A stretch of DNA of 64,000 nucleotides from an uncultured Acidobacteriota bacterium (GTDB lineage: Bacteria; Acidobacteriota; UBA6911). The notes under the pieces are model-generated. The model had not been told where the DNA came from and did no database searches. It saw nothing but the letters and a program-made list of their open reading frames with translations. The number at the start of each line of letters is the position of its first letter. The stretch's first letter is position 1. This document shows, piece after piece, positions 32,916 to 44,100 of this stretch. The position numbers were made by a program, and so were the translations under genes. The stretch covers positions 256,001 through 320,000 of the forward strand of contig CAWHCF010000020.1 of NCBI GenBank assembly GCA_963827655.1. The letters run 5' to 3'.

Positions 32916-35494
32916 TCACACGCCGGACTTTTCTGGAAGTGCCTCTGGTCTGGACCGCAGGCCGGTGGCTCTCGCCGGCGGCTCAGACCACCGAAGGCAA
33001 ATTCACTCTGGTTGATTTCGCCCCGCATGCGACCGACGGAGTATTGCCGCGCGACATTCAGACCCGCGGCTGGTTCGAGGGCAGGGTCGAGGGCTTGCCG
33101 AACCTGCGGGGAGGGGAAGAGCGGCTCGCCGGCGTCCCGTTTCGACTTGTGGACTCCGCCGCGCGCCAGCGTATTCTGGTGCTGGGAGGGAAAAGCCGCA
33201 GAGCGTCGATTCCTCTGGGCAAAGCCTGCCACTACGTCTGCGTGGCCCATTTCTGCGATCGGCACCCGGACGACACCGAAGGCCCCTTCGGTTCCGAAAA
33301 CCCCCGGTCGGAGTTCGAACCGGTAGCGCAGCGGCTGGCTTCGTACACGCTCGTCTTCGAGGACGGCACGCGGCACGAACAGGCGATCCGGCGGCGCTAC
33401 GAAATCAATCCGCCGGGAATGGATCCCTCCCACGTGCCGGCCGCGGCCCTCCCCGCTTATGAACCCGATTTCATTGGACTGGACGCAGCGCTCGGATCGG
33501 CTCTCGAGTGGGCTTACGCGCAAACCTCGGTCTCGCGCGAGCGGCCTCGCGGTCCCGTGATCTGGGTCTACGCTCTCGGCAATCCGCATGCGGACAAGAT
33601 TGTACGATCCCTGGACCTGGAAGCAGCGGGCCAGGATCTGTTAGGGATCTGCGCGATGACCCTCTTTCATCGTCCTGAACATCCGCTGCAGCGCGCCCCC
33701 TTGCGCAGGTTTGGGATCCAGTTGACAGGCGCGTCCGAGGACTGGCGCAAGCAGTGGCAGATCTCGGTTGACCTGGGAGTGGTCGCGCGAGTGTATCCGG
33801 CCCCCGAATTCAACACGCGCGAGTGGCTCGAAAATCCCTACCAGGGTCTCGGTGAGCCGGCGCCGGACTTTTCCAAGACAAACCGGCTGATTGCCGAAGT
33901 CACGGCCTCTCCGGCGTCCACTCTTACTTTGGAAGACAAGCTTGCCGGGAAGCGTTTCTCCTACGATCTGGCGGATGCTCTTCAACCGGAGGTCCGCGTC
34001 CTGGAGCCTGCGGCTGCCTGGGTGCACTGCAGAATTGTCGATAAGGAAACCGGGAAACCATGCGCCGCGCGCATCAGCTTCCGTGGTCCGTCGGGCCGCT
34101 ACATTGCTCCTTACGGTCATCCGGAAGACATCAATACGGGATGGATGCAGAACACCGGACCGGACGTGAAGATTGGCGGCGCCTCGTATGCGTATGTCGA
34201 CGGGAACTGTCAGGTCGAGCTTCCGCCGGGCGAGGTCTACGTCGAGTTGTCGAAGGGCTTTGAGTTCGCTCCCTTGCGCAGACAATTAACCATCGCACCC
34301 GGGCAGCGGGAGATCGAGCTTTCAATTTCACGGGCGCTGCACAGCGGCCGCGATGGATGGGTAACCGCCGACACCCATGTGCACATCGGATCCCCTGAAC
34401 TTCTGGTGCTGGAGGGGGCCGCCGAGGGACTCAACCTGGTGAATCTGCTGGCCGCGCAATGGGGACGGCACTTCACCAATTTCGCCGATCCCCCCGGCCG
34501 TTTTTCGGGGAGCACTGCCGAGACGACGGTATGGGTCGGGTCGGAGAATCGCAATCACTTTCTCGGACATATCGGCTTGCTCGGCCTTAAGACGCGCGTT
34601 CTTCCCTTTTCCGACGCGGGGCCGCCCGTCGCCTACTTCGGTTCGCCGTTGACGGCGAGCCTGGCCGATTGGGCCGACGCCTGCCGAAGTCAGGGTGGCG
34701 TGACGGTCGGAGTACACTTCCCGATTCCGAATGGCGAGACCGCGGCCGATGTCGTCCTGGGCAAGCTCGATGCCGCCGAAATCCGCTATGATCGCGGTTT
34801 CGCTTCGCTCGGTGTGACCGAGTACTATCGCTACCTGAACTGCGGGTTCCGACTTGCGGCCGTGGGGGGCACCGACAAGATGTTCCCGACCCGCGCGGTA
34901 GGCGCCGTGCGAACCTACGCGCGGCTGGACCGGGGCGAGCCCTTCAGTTTCGAAGCCTGGGCCAGAGCCCTGCGCGCGGGACGAACCTTCGCTACGGCCG
35001 GACCCCTGCTCTTCCTCAAAGTCGACGGAGTGGAACCCGGCGGGGTGATCGAAGTCAAAGGCCGCGGCCAACTCGAAGTCCACGCGATGGCTGAGTCCGT
35101 TTATCCGCTGGGCGAGATCGAGATTGTTCAGAATGGGCGTGTCGTTGCATCGGGCTCAAACCCGCTGCGCGCGAAAGTCCCGGTCAAAGGCGCAGGCTGG
35201 ATAGCCGCGCGTTGTTCCTCGCAGAAGCGACTCTCTTATGGAATGCGCAACATCGGAGCTCACACGTCGCCGGTCTACCTCACCGAGGATGGGAAAGGTT
35301 GTTTCTCGATTCCCGCCGCGGAATACATGCTGAGACTCATCGAAGGGGCCGTTCTGTGGGTCGACACACTCGCGGTACGTTCGAGCCGTGAAGATCTGGC
35401 TCGCATCAAGAAGCTGTTTGCCGAAGCTCGAACTCTCTTGGGATCCCGGCTCGGACCCCATACACACCCGCACAATCCAGGAATCAAACCATGA
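32912..35494 (+). CDS. CehA/McbA-type PHP-fold metallohydrolase, Tat-like signal
   Basis: TRRTFLE; GWVTADTHVH; YYRYLNCGFRLAAVGGTD; GRTFATAGP; AHTSPVY; GTGA overlap with the upstream gene. Confidence 0.82.
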   Translation: MITRRTFLEVPLVWTAGRWLSPAAQTTEGKFTLVDFAPHATDGVLPRDIQTRGWFEGRVEGLPNLRGGEERLAGVPFRLVDSAARQRILVLGGKSRRASIPLGKACHYVCVAHFCDRHPDDTEGPFGSENPRSEFEPVAQRLASYTLVFEDGTRHEQAIRRRYEINPPGMDPSHVPAAALPAYEPDFIGLDAALGSALEWAYAQTSVSRERPRGPVIWVYALGNPHADKIVRSLDLEAAGQDLLGICAMTLFHRPEHPLQRAPLRRFGIQLTGASEDWRKQWQISVDLGVVARVYPAPEFNTREWLENPYQGLGEPAPDFSKTNRLIAEVTASPASTLTLEDKLAGKRFSYDLADALQPEVRVLEPAAAWVHCRIVDKETGKPCAARISFRGPSGRYIAPYGHPEDINTGWMQNTGPDVKIGGASYAYVDGNCQVELPPGEVYVELSKGFEFAPLRRQLTIAPGQREIELSISRALHSGRDGWVTADTHVHIGSPELLVLEGAAEGLNLVNLLAAQWGRHFTNFADPPGRFSGSTAETTVWVGSENRNHFLGHIGLLGLKTRVLPFSDAGPPVAYFGSPLTASLADWADACRSQGGVTVGVHFPIPNGETAADVVLGKLDAAEIRYDRGFASLGVTEYYRYLNCGFRLAAVGGTDKMFPTRAVGAVRTYARLDRGEPFSFEAWARALRAGRTFATAGPLLFLKVDGVEPGGVIEVKGRGQLEVHAMAESVYPLGEIEIVQNGRVVASGSNPLRAKVPVKGAGWIAARCSSQKRLSYGMRNIGAHTSPVYLTEDGKGCFSIPAAEYMLRLIEGAVLWVDTLAVRSSREDLARIKKLFAEARTLLGSRLGPHTHPHNPGIKP

Positions 35495-36516
35495 ACATTC
35501 GCGAAGTAGCGCGCAAAGCTGGAGTGGGCATCGGGACCGTCTCTCGCGTGCTGAACGGTCGTACCTCGGTCAGCCCGGAAGTCCAGCAACGCGTGCTCGA
35601 GGTAGTCAAGGCACTCAAGTACACGCCAAATATTCATGCCCGCCGCATGTGGAGGGGACGAACCAATACCATCTGCTTCGTTCTGGCCAACCGCCAGATA
35701 CTGCTATCCCTGCACGGACATATCTTTCATGGCGTCGAGGAATTCTGCGGGGTGAACCAGTATAGTGTCCTGTTCACAACGTTCCGGTATTCGCCTCACA
35801 TTCCTCCGGAGGAGCTGGAGCTGCCGCCGATTCTCAGGAATAAGGGAGTTGTCGACGGCGTGATTCTGGGAGGAGTGAACTATCCGAACCTGCTCAAGCG
35901 CATGGAGTCGGAGGCCATTCCCTACTCGCTGTTCGGCAACAATCTGATCGATGACAGCCCCCCAAAGAGCAAGGCGGTGCTGTTTGACGATCGTGATGGA
36001 GCCGAGCAAGCGGTCGAATACCTGATTCGGCTGGGCCACCGGGATATCTGGTTTGTAGGCCATACGGCGTGGCCATGGAATCGGCGGCGTCACGAAGCTT
36101 ACGCCAAGATCATGAAGCGGCACGGCTTCAAACCTCGAGCCATCATTGAAGGCCCGGCCCAGCCCGGGCACGAACTCGGGCTTCAGGCAGGGCGGCGGAT
36201 TCTCGAAGGCGATAAACCGTGCTCGGCAGTTTTCGCGGGCAGCGACTACATCGCGTCGGGATTCATCGAAGCCGCCACGCGGATCGGACGCCGGGTACCG
36301 AACAACTTGAGCGTCGTTGGCTTCGATGCGCTCGATGAGTTCACATACTACCGGCCCCGCATCACGAGCGTCGGGACTGAAAAGGAAAAGATCGGCGAGT
36401 ACTGCGCTCTTCTCTTGATCAAGCAGATTGAAGGCGAGGACCTCGGCCATCAGTCGAGCGTCCGTATCCCCATGCACATCGTTGAAGGCGAATCCTGCGC
36501 GCCCGTGCCGCAGTGA
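35491..36516 (+). CDS. LacI family transcriptional regulator
   Basis: MNIREVARKAGVGIGTVSRVLN HTH, YTPNIHARRM hinge, LGHRDI, VPNNLSVVGFD. Confidence 0.95.
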   Translation: MNIREVARKAGVGIGTVSRVLNGRTSVSPEVQQRVLEVVKALKYTPNIHARRMWRGRTNTICFVLANRQILLSLHGHIFHGVEEFCGVNQYSVLFTTFRYSPHIPPEELELPPILRNKGVVDGVILGGVNYPNLLKRMESEAIPYSLFGNNLIDDSPPKSKAVLFDDRDGAEQAVEYLIRLGHRDIWFVGHTAWPWNRRRHEAYAKIMKRHGFKPRAIIEGPAQPGHELGLQAGRRILEGDKPCSAVFAGSDYIASGFIEAATRIGRRVPNNLSVVGFDALDEFTYYRPRITSVGTEKEKIGEYCALLLIKQIEGEDLGHQSSVRIPMHIVEGESCAPVPQ

Positions 36517-36525
36517 CAGCTTCTT

Positions 36526-36637
36526 AACCACAAAGACACGAAGAAACACCAAGACTCAAGGTTCGTTGGGACTTCGCCCCGAACGAAGGCCCTTTGAACG
36601 ACGACATGTTGGTTTGAACGTTCACTAAGCGCCTAAG
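36526..36637 (+). repeat. About 100-bp dispersed repeat, copy B
   Basis: Inverted near-copy of 6398-6498. Confidence 0.8.
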
Positions 36638-36666
36638 CTGAATGCGCTCCATTCAAAGGACAAGGC

Positions 36667-38367
36667 ATGAACGGCTGGAAGCGTTGGCTGCCCGGACTGC
36701 AGATCCTCAGCCGGTACGAAGCACGCTGGCTGTCGCACGATCTGATCGCCGGCCTGGTGCTGACCACGATGCTGGTGCCGGTCGGAATCGCGTACGCAGT
36801 GGCTTCGGGCGTCCCGGGAATCAACGGTCTGTATGCCACTATCGTCCCGCTGCTCGCTTACGCGCTGTTTGGTCCCAGCCGCATTCTGGTGCTGGGGCCG
36901 GACTCCTCTCTCGCCCCGGTGATTCTCGCGGTCGTGCTGCCGCTCTCGGGTGGCGATCCGATGCGGGCCGTGGCCCTGGCGAGCACGATGGCGATAGTGT
37001 CGGGGCTGGTGTGCATCCTGGTAGGAGTGATGCGCCTGGGGTTCGTCACCGAGCTGCTGTCCAAGCCGATCCGCTACGGTTACATGAACGGCATCGCGCT
37101 CACGGTGCTGATCAGCCAGCTGCCCAAGCTGTTCGGCTTTTCGGTCGACGGCGTCGGGCCGCTGCGCGACCTCGCGCAGATCGCTGAATCGGTGCTGGGC
37201 GGCCAGGCTAACTGGACCGCGTTCGCGGTCGGCGCCGGCACGCTGACGGCGATCCTGCTGCTCAAGCGCTTCGAGCGAATCCCGGGCATCCTGATCGCAG
37301 TGGTGGGCGCTACTGTCGCGGTCGGTGCGTTCGGCCTCGACGAGGGCGCCGGGGTGAAGGTGCTCGGTCCGCTGCCGCAAGGTCTGTCGTCGTTCGCACT
37401 GCCGTGGATCAATCTCGCGGACCTCGGAGACGTGGTGATCGGCGCCTGCGCCGTCGCCATGGTGGCGTTCGCCGACACCAGCGTCCTGTCGCGCACGTAT
37501 GCGGCCAAGACCCGTTCCCAGGTCGATCCGAACCAGGAGATGGTCGGTCTGGGAGCCGCCAACCTGGCCGCTGGACTGTTCCAGGGGTTTCCAATCAGCA
37601 GCAGTTCCTCGCGCACCCCGGTCGCCGAAGCCTCGGGCGCGAAGACCCAGCTTACTGGCGTAGTCGGCGCCGTGGGCGTCGCCTTGTTGCTGCTACTGGC
37701 ACCTAATCTGCTGGAGAACCTGCCCACCAGTGCGCTCGCAGCGGTCGTGATCGCTTCGGCCATCGGCTTGTTCGAATTCGACGACCTGCGCCGCATCTTC
37801 CGCATCCAGCGCTGGGAGTTCTGGCTGTCCGTCGTCTGTTTCCTCGGCGTTGCCGTGGTGGGAGTGATTCCCGGCATAGGCCTGGCGATCGTCATCGCGG
37901 TCATCGAATTTCTGTGGGACGGCTGGCGGCCTCACTACGCCGTGCTGGGCCGAGTCAACGGCATCCGCGGCTACCACGACATCAAACGCTATCCTGATGC
38001 GCGGCTCATACCCGGCCTGGTGCTGTTCCGTTGGGACGCACCGCTGTTCTTCGCCAATGCCGAGCTGTTTCACCAGCGCGTGCTGGAAGCCGTGGCGAGT
38101 TCGCCGACGCCGGTGCGGCGGATCATCGTGGCCGCCGAGCCGGTCACCAGCATCGACGTCACTTCGGCGGACATGCTCGCCGAGCTCGAGCAGACCCTGC
38201 GCGCATCGCGCATCGAGCTGCGGTTCGCCGAAATGAAGGATCCGGTCAAGGACAAGCTGAAGCGCTTCGAACTGCTCGAGCGTTTCGGTGCCGCGAACTT
38301 CCATCCCACCATGGGCGGCGCCGTCGACGCCTACCTCGAAGAGCACTCGGTGGATTGGAAACCCTGA
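36667..38367 (+). CDS. SulP family anion permease with STAS domain
   Basis: DLIAGL...VPVGIAYA, GPDSS, SSSRT, APLFFANA, IDVTSADML. Confidence 0.93.
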   Translation: MNGWKRWLPGLQILSRYEARWLSHDLIAGLVLTTMLVPVGIAYAVASGVPGINGLYATIVPLLAYALFGPSRILVLGPDSSLAPVILAVVLPLSGGDPMRAVALASTMAIVSGLVCILVGVMRLGFVTELLSKPIRYGYMNGIALTVLISQLPKLFGFSVDGVGPLRDLAQIAESVLGGQANWTAFAVGAGTLTAILLLKRFERIPGILIAVVGATVAVGAFGLDEGAGVKVLGPLPQGLSSFALPWINLADLGDVVIGACAVAMVAFADTSVLSRTYAAKTRSQVDPNQEMVGLGAANLAAGLFQGFPISSSSSRTPVAEASGAKTQLTGVVGAVGVALLLLLAPNLLENLPTSALAAVVIASAIGLFEFDDLRRIFRIQRWEFWLSVVCFLGVAVVGVIPGIGLAIVIAVIEFLWDGWRPHYAVLGRVNGIRGYHDIKRYPDARLIPGLVLFRWDAPLFFANAELFHQRVLEAVASSPTPVRRIIVAAEPVTSIDVTSADMLAELEQTLRASRIELRFAEMKDPVKDKLKRFELLERFGAANFHPTMGGAVDAYLEEHSVDWKP

Positions 38368-38371
38368 AAAC

Positions 38372-38410
38372 AAAAAAGAACCCGGCCTTGTTGTCAGCAG
38401 AGGGCCGGAT
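38372..38410 (-). terminator. Probable intrinsic terminator
   Basis: On the minus strand CCGGCCCT...AAGGCCGG is followed by TTCTTTTTT; lies between convergent units. Confidence 0.5.
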
Positions 38411-38783
38411 TCCGAACCTCAGTGGCCAGATGATCGGCCGCGGTCGTGATGCAACATAAGAGCTAGTCGAAATCGAAGGCGAGTCTTCAAGGCGCATTCC
38501 ACTGCGTATCCCAAGTAAGTAGTACGCAGCAGAAGAAGCGACCGGCGCCGACAAGCATCAAAGCGTCGTCTACCCGAAGGTCAGCTAGGGCTTGGAGGTC
38601 CGGTTCTATGCACGGTTGTCGTTTGTCATATGGGAGATATCGGCACGTGGAGACGGTCGCCAGAGAAGCCGAGTGCTACAGCGCGGCCTCAGGGCAACCT
38701 CGGGCAATCGCGGGTGGCGTAGCCGAGATAAACCCTCTGCGAAGCGCGAAGACGTTCCCGTGAGGGACTAAGGACTGAATGAC

Positions 38784-39047
38784 TCACCGGTAGACGTCTT
38801 TCCTGTGACCTACTTTCGCGACGTTCACAACGAGGGTGCGGTCATCGACTGAATAAACAATCCTGTAGTTACCTTCTCGGACTCTGTAGCGATCGCTCTG
38901 TCCCGACAATTTTTCGCAACCGGCAGGTCGTGGGTTATCGGCAAGAGACTGAATCTGACGGACGATGCGTTGACGATCCTTTTTTTGGCCAACGGCCTCG
39001 ATTTCTTTGGCGGCCGACGCCTTCATCAGGATCCTATATTTTCCCAC
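38784..39047 (-). CDS. RelE/ParE family toxin
   Basis: LADNPRPAGCEKLSG..RYRVREGNYRIVYSV...KVGHRKDVYR. Confidence 0.92.
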   Translation of the reverse strand: MGKYRILMKASAAKEIEAVGQKKDRQRIVRQIQSLADNPRPAGCEKLSGQSDRYRVREGNYRIVYSVDDRTLVVNVAKVGHRKDVYR

Positions 39048-39264
39048 GCCGCCTTAGCTCTCTGACTACGGCTTCGAAGTCCAGATTTTTTTCATCGGCT
39101 CGTTCTTCGAACGCTGCCAGGTCTTCGGCGTCTTCGGCGAGGGCCAGCTGAACGGCTTTGTTGACCATTTCGGAAATGGATTGGTCCGTTGCTGCAGCCT
39201 TGAGCCGGAGGGCACGATGGATCGCTGGATCGAAATAGACAGTGGCTCGTTTCGGTGCGTTCAT
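39034..39264 (-). CDS. Ribbon-helix-helix (CopG-like) antitoxin
   Basis: KRATVYFDPAIHRALRLKAA..SISEMVN; EDAEDLAAFEER. Confidence 0.88.
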   Translation of the reverse strand: MNAPKRATVYFDPAIHRALRLKAAATDQSISEMVNKAVQLALAEDAEDLAAFEERADEKNLDFEAVVRELRRRGKI

Positions 39265-39269
39265 GGGGA

Positions 39270-39298
39270 CATTATGACGCTATGACGTCAAAGCGTCC
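39270..39298 (-). promoter_or_regulatory. TA promoter/operator: GACGCT-TT-GACGTC-AT-AGCGTC overlapping CATAAT
   Basis: Inverted hexamers immediately upstream of the RHH antitoxin ATG. Confidence 0.5.
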
Positions 39299-39300
39299 GC

Positions 39301-41155
39301 TCAGTGGGCCTTCATCGGCTTCATGTTGACCAGTAACTCGGCGATCTCGCCCAGATGCTCGCCGTCGCGCCAGACGTCGCCGGTGATTACCCAGCGTCGA
39401 TTGACCCGGGTTTCGCCCACCGGAATCTGCACCTGAAACGGAGCGGAGGATTCGGCTCCGGGCCGCTACCTGCAGCTCGATCGTAGGCGGCGTCACTTTC
39501 CATTGATCGGGTACCTGAATGACGGACTTGATGCGGCTGGCGCGGGGGAGCCAGTTCCGCACCTTCAGCTGATACCGCAGGGTGTCTCCGGGTCCCGCCT
39601 CGACCTGGTAGGGATAGAAGGACAGCCAGTTGTTGTCGACCCCGAGCTGAGGATGCGGCTGATCTACGATCTCCCGGATTGCGGCCACGAAATCCTGCGA
39701 CGATTTCAAGTACGACTCGAGAACTTCCGGTGTGGCCCGGGTCCAACCGAAATGATTCGGGCAGACGTAGTCGGGTCTCAGTTCCAGAAGTTTTCTCGCC
39801 GCATAGATGTGACTGCCGTCGAGCCGCTGGAAGTTCCGGCACACGAAATGGCCGAGCAGCGGAGTACCGGGGAGGGGCCGGGCCACGTTGTCGCCCGTGA
39901 ACAGCAACCGGGTCCCATCAACTTCCGCGAGCATACCCTGGCTGTACTCCGTCTGGCCGGGAAGATAAAAGAACTGCAGGGGAATGCCTTCCCAGATGAC
40001 TTTCTCGCCGTCCGTGAGGACCCGATCGACCTCGAGCGGCTCATGCCAGAGGCAAGGGAGATTGTAGGCCGCGGGATTCTTCAGCACGTCGATCATGTGA
40101 GACATGGCCCAGAGTTTGGCTCCATGACGCTGCTTCAAAAAACCGATTCCGCCTACATGATCCTCGTGGTAATGGCTTGGAACGACGACATCGATGGTCT
40201 TGAAACCGGCCCTTTTCTGCATCTCTTCGAGATAGCGGGTTTCGACCTCATGGATGTCCCAAAGGAGCGCCCGGCCGGAGTCGCTGACAAAAATGTACGC
40301 CACACCGTTGATTTCAGGCGGGCGAATCTGCCAGAGGTGTTTCGAGATCTGCAGCGGGCCGGTTCGTGGACGAGGTTCCGCCGTGCGATTCCAATCGTAT
40401 CCGCGGTAGAGCGTGGCCAATCGCGCCAGCAGCGTCGGTATCCATTCCACGGGATTTCGCGACGGCGCGCCGTGCGAAGGGAGGAGCAGATCGGGTCCCA
40501 GCCGGATCACCTGCTTGAGCGAGTTCATCTGGGCTTCGATTCCGCGCGCTCCGACATAGGGCCACTCCAGGTCGTGGAGGGTGGGAATTTTGTTCTGCGA
40601 GGCCACCAGGTCACCGCAGAACAGCGCTCTCTCGCGGCCGGTATCCAGCAGGAACGAAAGCGAGCCTTCCGTGTGTCCCGGTGTAGCCACCACATCGAGA
40701 CGGATGTCGCCGTCGGCGAAGACTTTGCCGGGTACAAGTCCAAGGTCGACGGGGACGTTCTGTCGCAGCGCGAAGAACTCGTTGCGCAAATCGTACAGCT
40801 TGAATACCTTCTTTTCGTCCCAGAGCCTTTCGACCGCTTCGAAGTACTTCCTTTCGGCGTCGGGAACGGCCAGTCGAATCCCGCGCGAGCGGGCGAGCAG
40901 ATCCCCCTGGGCCTGGTCGCGATGAAAATGCGTGTGCACGATCCAGGAGACGGATTCGATTCCGAGCGCCGGAAGCTCGTTCAGGATGGCGCCCGAGCCG
41001 AAGTCGACCAGCACGGCTCGCTTGCCGTTGATGATCGCGTAAACATTGCAGGTGTCCTTGAAAAGGTAGACGCCGCGGGCGACTTCCTTCAGAGCCGGTT
41101 CGAGACGCAGTTGGGGGAGCCAGATCAGAACGGCGAAGAGAGCGACCCGCTTCAT
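39301..41155 (-). CDS. Tandem metallo-beta-lactamase-fold hydrolase, secreted (frameshift near 39453)
   Basis: HTHFHRDQ, TPGHT, SHYHEDH, FTGDN; corrected end ...GEIAELLVNMKPMKAH*. Confidence 0.85.
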
Positions 41156-41156
41156 C

Positions 41157-44100
41157 TCAGCGTCTTTGCGCTCTTGGCGGGCTGGGGTTGCTCGGACGCG
41201 CGTAGTTGGCCGCCCGGCCCGGGTCGCCGCGATACTGATGCGAGACTGCGGCATTGGGACCGGTGCGCTCTCCGCCGACCACGTAAAGATAGCCGTCGCG
41301 CGAGCCGAAGATCACGTCGGCGTATCCGTCGCCTTGCAGATCGGCGATGGCCGGCGAGCCGCTCAATTCATCGTCGGTTTGAAACTTCCAGAGCAGTTTT
41401 CCCGCGCTGCTGATTGCGCACAGGTAAGTAGCCCGCGTACCGGCGATCAGATCGGGTCGTCCGTCGCCGTCGAGATCGGCGCTGACCGGCGCCTGGGTGA
41501 AGAAGTCGCGCGAGTTCTCGAGCGAGAACTTCCACTGGTCGCTCCCCCGGCCGTCAACCACATGGATGGTCGCGGCATCGGAAACGACGATCTGCCGTGT
41601 GCGATCTCCCGAGAGCTGCGAGATTTGAGGCATACCGCGCACATCCTTCCGCTCCCAGACAAGATGACCGTCGAGATCCAGGGCCTTCAGGTGTCCCGCG
41701 CCCACCACGATGCGCACCGGACCTCCCTCTTCGAGGGGGCCCGCCGCGGGCGTCATGGTGTTGGGAACCAGCCCGGGCGTGCTTGAGCCAAGCCGGTGAT
41801 CGTGTTTCCAGCGCAGCTTGCCCTGTGAGTCGAGGAGATAGGTGCAGCCGTCATCGGCGCTGAAGACGACCGCGGTTGCCTGCCCTTCGGCGCGGATCAG
41901 CACCGGAGTCGTCAGACTCAGACCTCGAGTGCGCGGGCCTGCAGTCGAAAAGCGCCAGCGCAGCCGGCCCGTATGCTCGAGAGCGAAGACCTCGCCTGTG
42001 TCGGACGCGGCCACGATCTCCAGATTGCCGTCACCGTCGAGATCGCCCAGAGCGGGTGATTTCGCGCTGCGGTCGAACTGGCGGATTCCGTCGCGCTTCC
42101 AGCGCAGCCGGCCGTCGGCCGACAGCACATAAAGGATGCCATCGGAATTGAAGACGATGGACGGTTTTTCACCCGGCACCAGGGGCGCGACCGCGGGTGA
42201 AGAGATTACCGTTCCTCCGGAATCGAAACGCCAGAGCTCCTTCCCCTCTCGGCTGATGGCGTAAAGCGAGCCGTTGTAAGACCCGACCACGATCTCAAGC
42301 TGCCGGTCGCCGTCCAGGTCAACCACTGCGGGTGACGACAAGAGCCAGCCCGAGTTTGCGAAGCGCCACTCGGTCGCTCCGGCCGCCCAGCCTACCGACG
42401 AAGAGGGAGGGCCGCTCTTTTCGCCGCTGAGGGCGACGACCTTGTAATAAAACCCATAGCGAGGCGGTTTCGTGTGGTAAGGAGGGGCCGGCACGGTCCC
42501 GAGCAGGTTCTCCTTCGAGACGATGAAATCCGGGCTGGTGCTGCCGTGAATATTGTAGCGATCAACACCCTTCACCGATTCCCACTCCAGTTTCAAATCG
42601 CCGGTGTCAGGTCTGGGGACGAGCCGCGTTTCGAGCTGAGGAGGAGCTTGACGGATCTGGAGTTCGGCGGTGTCTTGAACTTTTGTCCCTTTTCTTTCTC
42701 CGGCTGCTTTCAGGGAGTTCAACCCTTCCCGGAACTGCACCTCCCAGCTGAAACGCTCTCCCTTGCGACGGGATCCCAGTGACCTGCCATTATGAAAAAG
42801 CTCCACAACGTCGCAGTTGCTGAACACTTCAATCGATTCAGGCTGGCCGGGAGGCCACGAATCGCGAGGCGTCCACGACTTCTCGCTGATATGAACCATC
42901 GGTTCGGTGGTCCAGATGCTCTGGTAATAGTAGTAGGCGTCCTTCTTCATCTCCTTCATGTCGATGACGCCTTTCCAGGTATGGCGCGGGATCGGCTGTC
43001 CCGATTTTGAATCTCGAAAGGCGAAGATCAATCCGCCGGCGACCCAGGGTCGGCGGGCGATTTCCTGTTCGAAGCGGCGGTGGAACGCCGTGTGATACTC
43101 GTGTGAGAAGTCGTTGCGGCGGGGATTTCCGGCATGAACGTCGGAATCGGAGGCCGCCCCATAATTCGAAACGATGATGGGCATGTCGCGTCCATAGCGC
43201 TCACGCAGGAGGGCGCGATAGGAATCCATGTAGGGTCCGATGTGTTCGAGTGTGCCTTCGTACCACCCGGTGTAGTTTCCCTGCCCGGCTATGTCGGCGT
43301 CGATCAATCCGACCGTCCCCGGCGACCGCCATCCAAGCTCCACGCAGAAGACCGGGCGGGTCGTGTCCAGGGCTCGAAGAGCCTTGGCCGCTTCGGAGTA
43401 GACTTCTCCAGCCGCCGCGTCCTTGCCTTCGCCGTTGAAGTGCCACGAAATCAGCGACGGATGATTGTATCGCCCCTGAACGTCCCGGCGCATGTTCTCC
43501 CGGACGCGCGCGCGGTCCGCGTCAGCATGTACATCGACCGTGGCCAGGATGCCCGCCCTGTCGAACTCCTCGAGGATGGTCTCGTCGATTCCACCGGCCG
43601 TGCGCACGAAGTTGATTCCCATCCCTTTGATGAGTCCCAGCTCGTACTTCCATAGACTGCCTCGGTCGGCAAACTTGCCAGGCCCGATTTTGTAGTAGAC
43701 CGTACCCTTCAGCTTGAGATGATTTCCGTTGAAAAAGAAACCCTTGTCCGCGTCAAAATGAAATCTGCGGAAGCCAAAGTTCGACTCTAGCTTGCGAACC
43801 GTGGTCCCCTGTACGCGCAGCTCGGCGACCACCCTGCAGAGCTGGGGCTTCTCGAGCGACCAGACTGGAGGTTGGGCGATGGTCTCGGTCATGAGCTCCA
43901 GACCGCCCTTAGCTCCTGCAGCTACGCTTCGAGTGCCCGTTTCAGCTTTCGCGAGGAGCTTTCCTTGCGGGTCGAGGACCGAAGCCGTGACCGCGTAGGA
44001 CTGGTCTTGCGTCGACACGTTTTCGACGGTCGTGCGGATGCGCACTCGCGCCGCCCCACCCTCCCATCCGGGCGTGTCGATCATGAGAGAGTCTGGCTCC

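Noticed and set aside
38420-38780. Unassigned region between SulP and the RelE toxin
   Set aside because: No ORF, repeat or RNA motif that I could support.
39503-41413. Long plus-strand 636-aa ORF and similar antisense ORFs (e.g. 45932-47386, 8758-10008, 15947-17101)
   Set aside because: Shadow frames of well-supported genes on the opposite strand in GC-rich DNA; no recognisable motifs.
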